Shown: positions 37,901-51,382, counted from the stretch's first letter. The stretch: 64,000 bases of DNA from Hypanus sabinus (GCF_030144855.1 NC_082711.1:77314001-77378000); one strand, 5' to 3'. The notes: a model not told the origin generated them from the letters alone. Program-made: numbers and translations.

Positions 37901-40900
37901 AACTGTGGTGATGCCAAAGGAGCAGATTTTCTGAACTGTCATTCACCAGTATAGCATTTTTAAGAAATGATCATAAAATAAAGAAATATATTTTCTAGTT
38001 TAATGTGGGACAGAAGGCATTTGTAAATTCAAGGGTCTGCAGGAAGTAGGCCCTAGAGAATGGGAAGCAAGCAGGTTAACCAGAGACACAGAGAGGAGAA
38101 GGGAGCACAGGAATCTGCACCCTGTGAGTCAGATGCTGAACCATCAGGGTTTCTGAACAATGACCTAGCAGACTACCAGCAATTTACTGTAGTCACAACT
38201 TCAAAGATTAGTCAGACGTGAATTTCCTTTCATAATTCTGTGCGACTTTACTCAGTTCTTTTATTTTTATCAGAGTTTACTGTTATTAAATTATATATTG
38301 TATCATTTCCCTACTGCTGACATTAGACTAATAGGCTGCTTGTTTTCTCCCTGCTTCCTTTTTTAACTAATTTAGTCACATTTGTTCTCCTCCAATCTAC
38401 AGTAACAAATCTGGAAACTATAGAATATTCATATTCATTATTCTATATGTCATGGTTTTGTATTCTGTACATGGCAAATGAAAAATATAGGGCCTAGTCT
38501 GTTCCCACTCCTACAGCCTTTGCCTGAATCCCCACTCCTCCCCTCCACCCCCATTCCATTTATCTGGTCCAGGGTTGTATGGCAGATGGGCATCAAGCTT
38601 CATGAACGCTATCACCAATAGCATTTGACAGCCTGGATTTGATGGCTGTCACAGATGAAAATTGATTTTTAAATAGATTTAACATGTTAAAAATTACAAT
38701 TGAAATAAAGTAAAACTGCATTAAACTAAAAACAGAAATTTTAAAGTAAAGCTCAAATACATGTGAATAAAAATTAAAGCACTATTGTTTAAGTAAGTTG
38801 CCTGTTTCTTTGTCTTAGAATCCACATTTGGACTGCATATTAGTTTAAGCCTGGGGAACCCCAGGAAAGTTTCGCTTGAATGCTGAACAACTTTGGAGAC
38901 CAATGATATGGCAAACTTCTCGATTTGGGATTCCAAATCATTCAATAAATCCAGATTTACTTAGTTCAGTTTCATTTGGAATTGCAGAGAAACCCCAGCA
39001 TGAGTTCACGTATAACTTGCTGACCAAATGTGCTTTTTTTAGTTCAGAATTTATTGGCCATCCACAATTACCATCAAGGTGGTGAAAAGCTTTGCAAGGT
39101 GTCCCACAATGCTTTTCAGTAAAGTTCCAGCATTTAGACCAGTGATCATTTTCGTGTCAAAGTGATATGCAATGCACTTGTACACAGAACATCATATCAT
39201 AGGGACAAGGCCTTCAACCCAAAATGTCTGTGTTAACCGCAGTGCTGATTTAAACTAATTTTAACTGCCCACTTATTGTCTATATCCTCAATTTCCTGCT
39301 TATGTGGTTTTCCAAATGCATGTATTCCTGCTGTTGTTCTTCCCATGACCATGTGGGTCTCCTCCCACAGTCCAAAGATGTAACAGTTGGTAGGTTAATT
39401 GGCCATTATAAATTGTTCCATGATTCGGCCAGAATTAAATCGGGGAATTGATGGGTGGTGAAGCTCTAAAGGCCAGAAGGGCCTACTCCATGCTGTATCT
39501 CAATAAATAAATAAATATAAATGTATTTGCTTCCACAGCACCTCATTCCAGGCACTTAATAACCTCTGCATAAAAAATAACTTGCCAATCTCCTTCAAAC
39601 TTCTTCCCTCTTAAAGCTCTACCCTCTAGTATTTGAAAATTCCATCCTGGGGAAAAAAATTTGATTATGTAACCTGTCTGTTCCTGTCATAACTTTATGG
39701 GCACACTCAATGGGCCAAATGGCTCCATTCTGCTCCTATATCTTACGGTCTATCAGGTTGTCCCTCAGATTCCAGTACTCCAGAGAAAACAGTTTGTCCA
39801 ACTTCTCCTTACAGGTAATACTCTCTAATCCAGGCAACATCTCACTGAGCCTAATCTACACCCTCTTTAGATCTTTTATTAATTGCAATAATACACACAT
39901 CATTCTGAATGTGACCTAATCAAAGTTTTTCAATTGCAACATGACTTCCCAAATGTTACACTTAATTTTGACAAAGACAAGCATTACATACCTTCCTTGT
40001 CACCCTATCCACTTATATTGCCTTTTACAGAGAACTGTGGACTTGCATACTAATTACATCAATACTCCTTAGGGACTTGCCATTTACCATGTACTTTCTT
40101 CTTACATTTGACCTCCAAGATGAAAAACCTCATGCTTGCCAGATTAAGTTTCATCTGCCAAGTCTTCCTCACCTCCATCCATATTTCCAGCTAATCTGTA
40201 TCCTGGGTATCCATTTGACAACCTTCCGCAATATCCACAAAACTTTCTAATTGTCCCACTTTCATCTTTCATTTGAATAACGCTGCCCTGTTTCTCTTGG
40301 TGATTCATATTGTTAGTTTTTGAGGTGCTCTCAGAGTATGAGATGGTACGTCTGCAGTAGTGATTGTTTCAAGTGATTGATGAAATGCCAATCACTCAGA
40401 CCACTTTTCCTTGATTGTTTTTAGCTTCCCGAGTTGTTGGAGTTGCATTCTTATGGGTAAATGGAAAGTGCCTTGTAGGTCGTGGAAAGGCCTTAAGGTG
40501 TCAGGAGCAAATCATTCCCCTCTAGATAACTAAGCTCCCCCTGCAGCTATCATATTTATTATGTGGGTATTCCAGTTGCATTTTTGATTACTGATGATGA
40601 TCAGAATATTGATGATGGTAAGTTTGTGAAGGCAATGTAATTGAACGTCAAGCAGAGGTTGGAGGTGGTCATTGTCTGGCACAGTTACGGGAAAATGTGG
40701 CTTATCCCTTAACATTAGCCTATATCTGAATCCTGTTTTCGGCCCTGCTGAAGATAGGCATGGTCAGCTTCGTTTGCTGAGGAGCTTTGAATAGAATTGA
40801 ACATGATGGAATCAATGGTTAACATCCCCACACTTGACCTTATGGTGGAAGGAAGGTCATTGATGGTTGGGCCACCACTCTGAGAAATTGTTAATAGTCA

Positions 40901-40956
40901 TGTCCTGGAGCTAGGATATATGAGAAAACTGGAAAATTATCTCTACTAACTTAGCA

Positions 40957-40967
40957 TTTATTTTATT
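40957..40967 (-). terminator. Candidate HUS1 polyadenylation signal (overlapping AATAAA pair)
   Basis: tttattttatt on + reads AATAAAATAAA on -, ~610 nt after the stop, at the end of AT-rich unique sequence and just before a LINE remnant. Confidence 0.5.
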
Positions 40968-41576
40968 GCTGAATGAGTGGTTACAAAACCAAAACTATCC
41001 GTGTACATGAAAACAGGGAAGATGAACAAAGAAACTGTCAGGACATAACAACTGTGAAGAAATAATGATACAAGTACCAATATTTTTGTTAACACAACTG
41101 TTGGTGAAACAGTAAACACATTGCAGCAACTTATTAGAGTAGGCACAGTATGGTCGGCACATTCCTTGGTTATTCAGGAAACATGAGCACAGAGGAAAAG
41201 TAGATCTTAAGTTGATAAAAAATGTGATTCTTTTACTCTGGAAAAAAATATATAACAATATGATAAACACTTGAGTTGAATATACACTTATTTAAATTAA
41301 GAAACTTTTGAACATCTATAGTCAATAAGACAATGTTCTAATTTGCTGAAGAGAGATATTTATCTTGCTGAGTCTGAAATGCTGTCAGGCTTTGTTTTCA
41401 TCTTGCAATCATTTTTCCAAGTTTTAAAGCTTACACATTTCTTGTAAAAACTACAATGCTTGCGCTAATTCTCAGCTAGTGGAGTCATCTTCTTTGCAAG
41501 GTTGCTCAGTCTTTTCAAGAAAGTGCAATAATTCCACAAGAGCCCACAACGTAGTTAAATGTTGATAGCTACCTTC

Positions 41577-41659
41577 TTATGCAAGAGCAGGTATAAAGTA
41601 CTGAAGAGAGACATCGTCATGTAGCAAAACAAAATGAATAACTTTTTTATTCACTATAT
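41577..41659 (-). CDS. HUS1: HUS1 exon 8 coding part (NIVNKKVIHFVLLHDDVSLQYFIPALA*), 83 nt
   Basis: Poly-T acceptor ttttacag|, stop TAA at 41579-41577; DVSLQYFIPAL C-terminus. Exons total 855 nt = 284 aa plus stop. Confidence 0.97.
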
Positions 41660-42184
41660 CTGTAAAAAAAAAGAGTTTGGTTAAAATGGAACCAATAATT
41701 ACCTCTTATTTCCTATGAAGAAAATTTTAAATATGTTATTGAGATCTGCCAGTTATAAAACCTAGGTCATCCAATACAAATTCCTTGTCGTAGTAATATG
41801 GCCGGCAAATTATTGACTTCGGCTTCTGTGCTTTCTCCTTTTCTCTCTAACCTTCCATTCAAATGTTTTTCAGCAAAATTTATGTTGTTTCATTTTCAGG
41901 CTAAATTTCTAGATCAGATATACAAATTATTGAAATAAAGAACAAAGAATAAAAAATAAATGGAAGAGATGAGACAGAAATGAAAATGTACATTAAAGAA
42001 GTGGAAAGACGAAGAGTTTTGAAAGTATTTAAGAAGAAAATTAATTTCCAAGGAAGGAAGGAAAATTAATGTTTGAAATATCAGTGGCAACTGTTTATTG
42101 GTCATATGCTTACTCTAATGTGCACCCTGCAATACTTTTTTTTAAGTTGATGATAGTTAAATGTTAATTCGAATATTTTACAAA

Positions 42185-42253
42185 TAGTACTGTGTAAAAG
42201 TCTTAGGCACATATATATAGCTAGAGTGCTCAAGACATTTGCATAGTACTGTA
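42185..42253. mobile_element. ~65-bp Tc1/mariner MITE made almost entirely of TIRs
   Basis: AGTACTGTGTAAAAGTCTTAGGCAC ... GTGCTCAAGACATTTGCATAGTACT, TA on the right flank. Confidence 0.7.
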
Positions 42254-43230
42254 GTAATTTTATATATTGCACTGTATTGCTACCTCAAAAAAAATCATGA
42301 CATAAGTAAGTGATGATAAACCTGATTCTAATATGGGTCTCTATTGTGGATTTCGAGTGGGGATGAGGCAGGGAGAGGGGAATCATGGCTGGAAAAGGGG
42401 AGAGAGTGGGAAGCATCAGAGAGACATTATGTAATGCCAAAATTCATAAACCAATTGTTTGGAATCAAATAACTTTGCCTAATGTCTCAAGGTTGGGTGT
42501 GTCTCTATTTCCCACCCCTGATATTCCTTCTCTGCCATCTGCCCTACAACTCTACTGTGGCACTCCACCGGAACCATTCCCAACATCCTTTACAACCAGA
42601 TTTACAAATTTGCTTTCCGTTCCACATTGGCAAATACAGTACCATGCAATGGTCTTATGGACATATCAGCTCAATGAGAAAGGAAGAACAATTTTGAATA
42701 TTTAAAACTCATTTTTAAAACTCAATATTTAAAACTAAATTTAAAATTATTTTCCCTCTGCTGCTAGATCCCTTTTCCAAGAATCCAAGGTAAGTGCTAA
42801 TTCAGCAAATTTTCTGGTAAACTATTCTTTGATTTTGAAAAATATTTTATGTCAGTAAAGAAATGAACTGGTACAATATTGCAGGTGATGCAATTTTCGA
42901 TCCAGATACCGTGTTGTTATGGGAGACCCTATATTTAATATCTTTACAAACTGCTCTACATGCTCACTGGATTACAATGCATAGAGAAAGAGAAATTAAG
43001 GATGCCTTATCTAACAATTGATACTATGATATTGAAGGAAAATAATGAAATTCACAATTTTATTTAAAGAATTTAAGTAAATATTTTTTACTCAAGAAAT
43101 CTAGAATGGGTGAATTATTATCACAGTGGGAGGATGGATCACAAAGATCAGAATTACAAAAAGATCTTGTCCTGAAGATAGAGTCCAACAAATTCTTTGT
43201 CAAATAGATTAAAAAGAACTCTCTACTCAC

Positions 43231-43362
43231 TACATATAGCCTTGCTTGGATTGACCTGTTGCCCAGCAAGAAACTGTAGAAGCCTCTTGATATCAATCTT
43301 TGCTTTAGCCATATTTGTTGAATCTCTTCTTTGGAAAGAATAAGATTGGGTTTCTTCTTCAA
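43231..43362 (-). CDS. HUS1: HUS1 exon 7 ([44 protein letters not shown]+), 132 nt
   Basis: aaatag| acceptor, A|gtgagt donor, phase 1-1; [12 protein letters not shown] motif. Confidence 0.94.
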
Positions 43363-43499
43363 CTATTTAAAAGAATATTTTAGATAACATTTAACAAACA
43401 ATCTACTGCATCATAACCCTTTTGCAAAATACAAACTTAAAAAAATCTGTTAACAATATATTTATCAACTTGAACTTGTTAATTCTAATAATGAGATCT

Positions 43500-43714
43500 T
43501 GTAGCGATGTACTACATAAAGAGCTCGATACAATGACATGCAGTCGGTAAGTCGTTTCGAGACTAGTTTATTCAAACTTCATGGCGCTGGCATTTAATCC
43601 CTAGTGCCCGCCCTCTCCAGGCGGAAATGACATCGGGGTGCAGTACCAAAGTCTCCCCCCCATGCACTGGCTATTTGTGAGCCGGTTCGCCTGCGCAGAA
43701 AGTGAGTCGCCACA
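43500..43714 (-). repeat. Gypsy 3' LTR
   Basis: Direct repeat of 46962-47175, adjacent to the PPT. Confidence 0.95.
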
Positions 43715-46700
43715 TAACCCCCCCACCCCGGAACTGGCGATACACCCCCCAATGTCCACAGTCTGGATCAGCCTCTGTTTGGGAGGTCTGCCTCTGCGCC
43801 GCAGTGCCTGAACCTCAACCGGCTGCACCAAGTCCACATGGGCTGGTTTGAGTCGGTCCACTTTCCCCCCGATGTCCAGAGTGTACGTGGACCCATTGTT
43901 GTTGATCACCTTGAACGGCCCCTCGTACGGCCGCTGTAGAGGTGCCCGGTGTCCACCCCTTTGTACAAACACTAACTTACAGTTCTGCAGGTCTTTGGGT
44001 ACATGGGTTGGGGTCCATCCGTGCTGTGAAGTTGGTAAGGGGGCCAGGTTGCTGAGCCTCTCGTGTAGTCCATCCAGGACTGCTGCGGGTTCTTCCTCTT
44101 GCCCCCTTGGGGCTGGTATGAACTCTCCTGGGATGGCCAGGGGTGCACCGTACACCAATTCGGCCGATGAGGCATGCAGATCCTCTTTGGGCGCTGTGCA
44201 AATTCCAAGCAGGACCCAGGGAAGCTCGTCCACACAGTTAGGTCCTCTCAGGCGGGCCATGAGAGCCGACTTCAAGTGACGGTGGAAGCGTTCTACTAGT
44301 CTGTTCGACTGTGGGTGGTAGGCAGTTGAATGGCATAGCTGCGTTCCCAACAGGCTGGCCACAGCCGACCACAGGCTGGAGGTGAACTGGGCACCTCTGT
44401 CGGAGGTAATGTGGGCCGGTACCCCGAAGCGTGCTACCCAGGTTGCAATCAGTGCTCAGGTGCATGAATTGGCAGATGTGTCGGTGAGCGGGACCGCCTC
44501 CGGCCACCTCATGAACCAGTCTACCATAGTTAGGAGGTACCGCGCTCCTCGGGACACTGGTAGGGGGCCCATGATATCCACATGAATGTGATCGAACCTC
44601 CGGTGGGCAGGTTCGAACTGCTGTGGCGGGGCTTTAGTATGCTGCTACACCTTGGCTGTCTAGCACTGCATGCACGTTCTGCACCGTTCACTGACCTGCT
44701 TGTGAAGTCCATGCCACGCGAACTTGCTGGAGACCAGCCGGACGGTTGTCCTGATAGATGGGTGTGCCAAAACATGTATGGAGTCAAAAACTCGCTGCCT
44801 CCAGGCTGCCGGGATGATGGGGCGAGGTTGGCCGGTAGCCACGTTGCACAGGAGGGTCCTCTCACCTGGGCCTACGAGAAAGTCCTGCAGCTGCAAACCC
44901 GAGACTGCGGCCCTGTAGCTGGGCATCTCGTCGTCTGCCTGCTGCGCCTCCACCAGTGCTGCATCGTCCACCCTCAGGGACAGGGCCTGGACAGCTGGTC
45001 TGGAGAGTGCATCCGCCACGACGTTGTCCTTTCCCGAGACATGCTGGATGTCCGTCATGCACTCGGAGATGTAGGACAGATGTCGCTGCTGGCAAGCCGA
45101 CCAGGGATCGGACACCTTCGTGAACGCAGGTCAATGGTTTGTGGTCCATGAACGCGGTGAACGGCCTGCCTTCTAAGAAGTACCTGAAATGCCAGATTGC
45201 CAGATACAGTGCCAGCAGCTCCCAGTCAAAAGCACTGTACTCGAGTTCGGGTGGCCGTAGGTGCTTGCTGAAGAACGCCAAGGGTTGCCAGCCCCACTCG
45301 ATGAGCTGCTCCAGCACCCCACCGACTGCTGTGTGGGATGCGTCCACCATGAGTGCAGTCGGAACGTCCATTCTGGGGTGCACCAGTATCGCGGCATCTG
45401 CCAAGTCTTCCTTGGCTTTAGCGAAAGCGGCCGCGGCCTCCTCGTCCCAAGTAATGTCCTTGCCTTTACCCGACATCAGGGTGTACAAAGGGCGCATGAT
45501 ACGGGCTGCTGAGAGGAGGAAACGGTGGTAGAAGTTCACCATACCAACTAACTCCTGTAGGCCTTTGACTGTGTTGGGCTGGGCAAAGTGGCGGATCGTG
45601 TCTACCTTGGAGGGCAGAGGTGTTGCCCCATCTTTGGTAATCTTCTGGCCCAGGAAGTCGATGGTATCGAGACTGAACTGACATTTGGCCGGGTTGATCA
45701 TGAGGCCGAAATCACTCAGGCAGTAGAGCTGGCGGAGGTGGGACAGATGCTCCTGGCAACTACTGCTGGCTATAAGGATGTCGTCCAAATAGATGAACGC
45801 AAAGTCCAGGTCAAGTCCCACCACATCCATTAGCTGCTGTGACGTCTGTGCGGCATTCTTCAGGCCGAACGGCATTCGGAGGAACTCATGTACCAGTCTT
45901 TTCCCTTACAAGTCAACCAGCAGGCTGTGAAGAAGTCCGCAAGAAGTCCGCCACAAGGAGTGGTTGGGCCACCGTGGCCAGTGTGAAGTCCCACGTGAAC
46001 CGGCTGGCGCCGAACTGCAGCTGCACTGTGCGGGTGCCGTAGGTCCGTTATCTTGCTGCCGTTGGCAGCCCTCAGGGTGGGTCCTGGCTTCCTGTTGCGG
46101 GTGTCGTACCCCATCAGGGGCAAGACGCTGATTTCCGCTCCAGTATCGACCAAGAAGCGGTGTTCCGACTGTTTGTCCCAGACGTACAAGGGGCTGTCCT
46201 GGTGGCCAGCCGCCATAGTCATTAGCGGCAGCTGGCCCTGGCCCTGGCCCTTGTAGAGTGGGCGACTACGGCAGGCTTTTGTGCCCCACTGCTGGTGGTA
46301 GAAACACCACTGTTCACTGGCCTCCTCACTCCTGCCTCTGTGTTGTGTGCGCCCCCCTGCCAGGCCTGGTCTGGTCTGCTGTTGGGCGCATGGCCTGGTC
46401 ATCTGACCAACGGACGCCACGCTCTCCCTCTTGGCTTTCCACAGCACATCTGCCCGGGCCGCCACCTTCCGGGGGTCGCTGAAATCTGCGTCGGCCAGCA
46501 GCAGATGTATGTCCTCGGGCAGTTGCTCTAGGAAAGCTTGCTTGAACATGAGGCAGGACTTGTGTCCGTCAGCCAGGGCCAGCATCTCGTTCATCAATGC
46601 TTACGGCAGTCTGTCTCCCAAACCGTCCAGGTGAAGCAGGCAGGCACCCTGCTCGCGCTGTGAGAGGCCAAAGGTCCCAATGAGCAGCGTTTTGAATGCT

Positions 46701-46961
46701 TCATATTTGCCTTCTTCCGGGGACGACTGTATGAAATCCGCAACCTGGGGGGCCGTCTCCTGGTCAAGGGTGCTCACCACGTGATAGTAACACGTGGAAT
46801 CAGAGGATATCTGCCGAATCTGCAACTGGGCTTCTGCTTGGCTAAACCACACGCATGGTCGCAACATCCAGAAAGTCAGCAGTTTTAGCAAAACTGCGTG
46901 AACAGATGAAGAGTCGGGTCATCTTTGGTCCAAATCCCGTTTGGACCGTTGGGGTCACCAA

Positions 46962-47175
46962 TGTAGCGATGTGCTACACACAGCGCTGAAATAATGACAC
47001 GCAGTCGGTAAGTCGTTTCGAGACTAGTTTATTCAAACCTCGTGGTGCTGGCATTTAATCCCTAGCGCCCGCCCTCTCCGAGTGGAAATGACATCATAAG
47101 TGCATTAGCAAAGTCTCCCCCGGCGCACTGGCTATTTGTGAGCCGGTTCGCCTGCACAGAAAGTGGGTCGCCACA
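46962..47175 (-). repeat. Gypsy 5' LTR
   Basis: Direct repeat of 43500-43714, adjacent to the PBS. Confidence 0.95.
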
Positions 47176-47194
47176 ATCTTTTATTTTCGTGGAT

Positions 47195-48430
47195 TGTGTG
47201 GAAGATTCCCAAATAATACTGTAGGATATGAAGCAATTGCAGATAAATGGAAAATGCAAGTTAATCCAGCCACGTGTGAAGTACTGCACTTTGGAAGCAA
47301 AAATGTAAGGGGAAAGTACACAGGATCCTTAACAGCATTGATTCACAGAAAGATTTTGAGGGACCAAGTTCAATGGCTCCCTGAAAGTGGCCACACAAGT
47401 TGATAAAGTGGTAAAGAAGGCATAGGCCATGCTTGCTTTTTTTAACTCGAGGAAATGAGTTAAAGTGTCAGTACGTTATGTTGCAGGCCACTTTTGGAGT
47501 ACTGCATTCATTTCTGGACAACCCATTCTAGGAATGATCGGAGGCATTGATGAGGGCATAGAAGAGGTTTATACTAGGATGCTGCCTGGATTGGATGGCA
47601 TGTGCTACAAGGAGGCTGAGGAGAGATCTGAAAGAAATTTATAAAATTTGGGTCATAGATAAATAATTGTTATCTTTTTCCAACAGTGGAAATCTCTAAT
47701 ACCTGAGATTTTAGTGCAACACATTTTAGGTGAGAAAGGCAGATGCATGACACAAGTTTTTTTCATACTCTGGCTGGCTGTTGGTGTAATGGCATCAGTA
47801 CTGGACTTTCAGGCAGATGGCCCTGAGTTCAAATTTGGCCAGGTCCCAACCTGGGCAGCAGCAGAAGAAAGGCCTGGCAATCTACATTTGTATCTTGCCA
47901 CGAAAACCCTGTGGATAACTACACTATCCATAGGGTCACCATGAGTCAACAACAATAATGACAAGTGTAATAAACAGAATAAACTAAAAAATATTAATGG
48001 GTTTGAATTGCTATTCTGAATGAAATATGTCTCAGGCTGTTAAAAGAAGCAATAGGGAAATTGCAGAGGCTCTTACTATATTAGGTGCATAAGATGATGA
48101 GAGACATTGATTGCTTGAATAGTCAGAGGCTTTTTCCCAGGGCTGAAATGGCTAACATGCGAGGGCACAGTTTTAAGTGCTTGGAAGTAGGTACAGAGGA
48201 GATGTCGGAGGTATGTTTTTTTTAATGCAGGGAGTGGTGAGTGCGTGGAATGGGCTGCCAGCAATGGTGGTGGAGGTGGATACCATAAGAGACTCCTGGA
48301 TAGGTACATAGAGCTTAGAAACATAGACGGCTATAGGCAACCCAAGGTAATTTCTAAAGTAAGTAAATGTTCGGCACAGCACTGTGGGCTGAAGGGCCTG
48401 TATTGTGCTGTAGGTTTTCTATGTTTCTAT
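47195..48430 (+). mobile_element. CR1 fragments interrupted by a SINE
   Basis: KWKMQVNPATCEVLHFG and CR1 3' UTR pieces. Confidence 0.75.
47770..47960 (+). mobile_element. tRNA-head SINE with RTE/BovB-like tail
   Basis: TGGTGTAATGG...GTTCAAAT boxes; CCATAGGGTCACCATGAGTC followed by (AAC)n. Confidence 0.6.
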
Positions 48431-49217
48431 GATAGTTGGTAGGTGATGGAAGAGGCAGGTACAATAGAGGTATTTAAGAGGCTCTTCAATACACAGATGA
48501 ATATGCTGAGAATACAGGGATATAAAGCACTTGTAGGCAGATTGGATTGGTTTGATTAGGCACGATTAGAATGTGGAGGTTGAAAAGTTCACAAAAGCAG
48601 GGACTGCTATATTTTTGCAGCCTGAAATTATGAAAGTTAAGTGGAAAGTTAGCACCAGCCCAGAATCAAAAAAAAATCTGGAACCCAGTGAAAAATGAGG
48701 AAACAATCATTCAAATGCCAAATAGTCTATCCTTACTGAAAATCAATACAACAGTGTCAAATGTTCACTAGAATGATTTTTGTTTTCAATTTGCTGTCAA
48801 AGACCCAACAAAAAAGTAATGATGGTTTTTCTTCATTAGCCAGATAGAATAACAATGACTTATTAAGTCAACACTGTTATTAGATATATTCATAATTTTC
48901 CATGTAAATGCTGTTATTCCATTTACTGGGATTAATTTTGGCATATAGCTTAAGCTGCAAGACAAATTAAGTATGAAGATGAACAAAACAAATGAAATTA
49001 TGAAAAGAACAATTTAAGAATTAGGTAAAAAAAAACATGCTTTTCCATCATGACTTTTAATGGTTTTGACTATTATTGACTATGCAACAGATAATTAAAA
49101 AGTTACCATTGGAGCAATATTGAAAATAAATGTAGAACCAAGCTTAAAAGTTCTGCACTCCTTTTGATTTTCTTAAAATTTTCCAATGTGTACATTTTAA
49201 TTTTATACATTACTTAC

Positions 49218-49317
49218 CCCAAGGAGGATTCCCAAGTTCCTTAAAATGTGTTGTGACAGACACCAAATCAGTGTCAATTTTCAAATTCATTTCTCCATTC
49301 TGATTGGCTTCAATTAC
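49218..49317 (-). CDS. HUS1: HUS1 exon 6 ([33 protein letters not shown]+), 100 nt
   Basis: tttag| acceptor, G|gtaagt donor; VTTHFKxLGNPP motif. Confidence 0.97.
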
Positions 49318-49619
49318 CTAAATTGCACAGATAAAAAAACATATTTGACTTAAGCTAGTCATTAACACCATTACTGAAAGGAGAAACTCATCATGACTAA
49401 ATTAACTAACAATTTCAAATAACTAAGGAAATATTTCAGTTCAAGAATGTGTGTCTAAAATTATGCTAACAATAATTTCATCAGCAATTGATGGATTATG
49501 TATCTCTGAGTAGCAGCGTCCTGCCAGTACAAATGGCATTCTGCTGCTTCCTTTCACAAATACATATTCAACAATGAGGTAACACTGGGTCCTTAAATAA
49601 GGTGAACCTGACATCAATT

Positions 49620-50400
49620 GTAGCGAAGTTGTTGGAGAAGATTTATATACATTTGGAAAGGCAACACTTGATTAAGAGACAACAGGATAGATAGTGTCTC
49701 GGAAATCTGGTTGAACTTTTTGATGTTAAAAAGGAGTCTAACAAAAGCAGGGTGGAAAATGTTGTCTATATGGACTTTAGAAATGTCTTTCACAAGATCA
49801 AACATTGAGAGCTGTTTCAGAAGATAAAGGCATGAGGTATTCAAGACTTGTTGACAAATTGGTTCCAAAATTACCTGGTGATAAATAGCAGAGACTAGGA
49901 GTAGCTGAACATGTTTATAACTGTAAATCTATATCAAGTGGTGTATATCATGGATAGAGGATAAAACTTTTGTTGTTTGCAATATATCTACGCATACGAA
50001 TGGCATGTATGAGAATGTAGATGCAATGGTTAGATGCCATGACAATTTGTAGAATCATAGACAATGAATAGGTTATTTAAAGATATAGCATGACAGAAAT
50101 CAGTTGAAAAGTTGTGCAGAGCAGTGGCAGATGGAATTTCATCCAGAGAAGTACAAAGTAATACACTTTGGGAAGTCAAATTCTGTTCAGATATACAGAG
50201 GAAATGACAGGCATCTTAACAGCATTACTGTACAGAGAGATCCTGGGGAGCAAACCCATTGTATCCCAAAAAAGCAACACACATGGGTAGTATAGCGAAA
50301 AGGCAATGGTTTACTTGCCTTCATAGGACAAGGTATTTGAGTTGGGATGTCATGTTGCAATTGTAAAAAATGTTGGTTTGACCACACTTAGATTATTGCT
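49620..50400 (+). mobile_element. Old CR1 fragment
   Basis: EQWQMEFHPEKYKVIHFG. Confidence 0.7.
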
Positions 50401-51307
50401 CAGGATTAGTGTGGAGAGGCATCATATGCAAGGCAGGCCTTGACACTTTTCTGTGCTCTACCATCCCATGACTCTATGTATACCCACATTCTGATGTCTC
50501 AACTCACTGCTGGCTCCTTTTGCACAACTCTACAATTTCCCCCCACATATTTATTCAATTCCCTGATCAGCGGACAGTACATTCCAGGTTCCAATTATTC
50601 ACACCACATGTAAAAAAAAATAGCTATCATTCTTAATTCTTCCATGTTTTATCACTTGTGACTCATGCTCACAACTCTTCCATCTAAGGAATGAGCCTTC
50701 CATTATCACCTGTACGCACGCTATTCAATATTTTATATATTTCTATCAAACCTCCCCATAAAATAAAGATGGCCCTTGCCAAACTAAAACACAATACATT
50801 CACCATTAAATATAAATAGAGAATTTTGTGGGCCAAGAATCTATTATCTAGCAGCTGAGCACTTGGGTCTTAAAGACCTAGTATAAAATACAAAATGGGA
50901 TACCTTCAATAATTGTCTTGTTTTATACATAAACCACTTCATTTTATAGGAGTATTTCACTGGGTTCAACACCTGTTCAATGTATCACTGAGATCAAAGT
51001 GTGATTTCTGTATCAACTTCACTCTTCTAGCAGACCTAAAATTTCTTAGTTCCCTTGGATACCAAAATAATCTGTTCATCTGTCCCAAATCGTCCTCTGA
51101 CTGAGCACAAACAGCTCTAAACAGAGAATTCCAAAGATTCATAAATGAAAAACTTCTCACTAAATTATAATATCCCCATTCATTATATGTAGATAGAATA
51201 CTTAAATACTTCTGATTTTCTCTTCCAGCAGTAATATTTTTCAGCAATTAAGGTGGCAATGTAAACAAAATGGAAAACGAATTAATTGAGCAGAGTCACA
51301 CACTCAC

Positions 51308-51382
51308 AATATGGTTAGAAAGATTCTTCATTCTTTCCACAACACTCTTCATGGTCTTCAGTACTGGGAGATAAATACTGAC
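51308..51382 (-). CDS. HUS1: HUS1 exon 5 (VSIYLPVLKTMKSVVERMKNLSNHI), 75 nt
   Basis: ttttcaag| acceptor, ATT|gtgagt donor; near-identical to the remembered human segment. Confidence 0.97.

Larger units (their letters stand above)
43500..47175 (-). mobile_element. Ty3/Gypsy LTR retrotransposon, two LTRs, degenerate gag-PR-RT-RNaseH-IN
   Basis: LTRs 43500-43714 and 46962-47175 (TG...CA); 4-bp TSD ATCT (43496-43499 / 47176-47179); PBS TGGTGACCCC; G-rich PPT 43715-43729; motifs WFSQAEAQ, FLVDTGAEIS, MPFGLKNA, YLDDILIAS, VDAS, TAYHPQSN..VERFHR, GPFKV; frameshifts present. Confidence 0.97.

Noticed and set aside
38876-39085. 69-aa + strand ORF in unique sequence
   Set aside because: Non-ATG start, no motif, and no matched splice pair.
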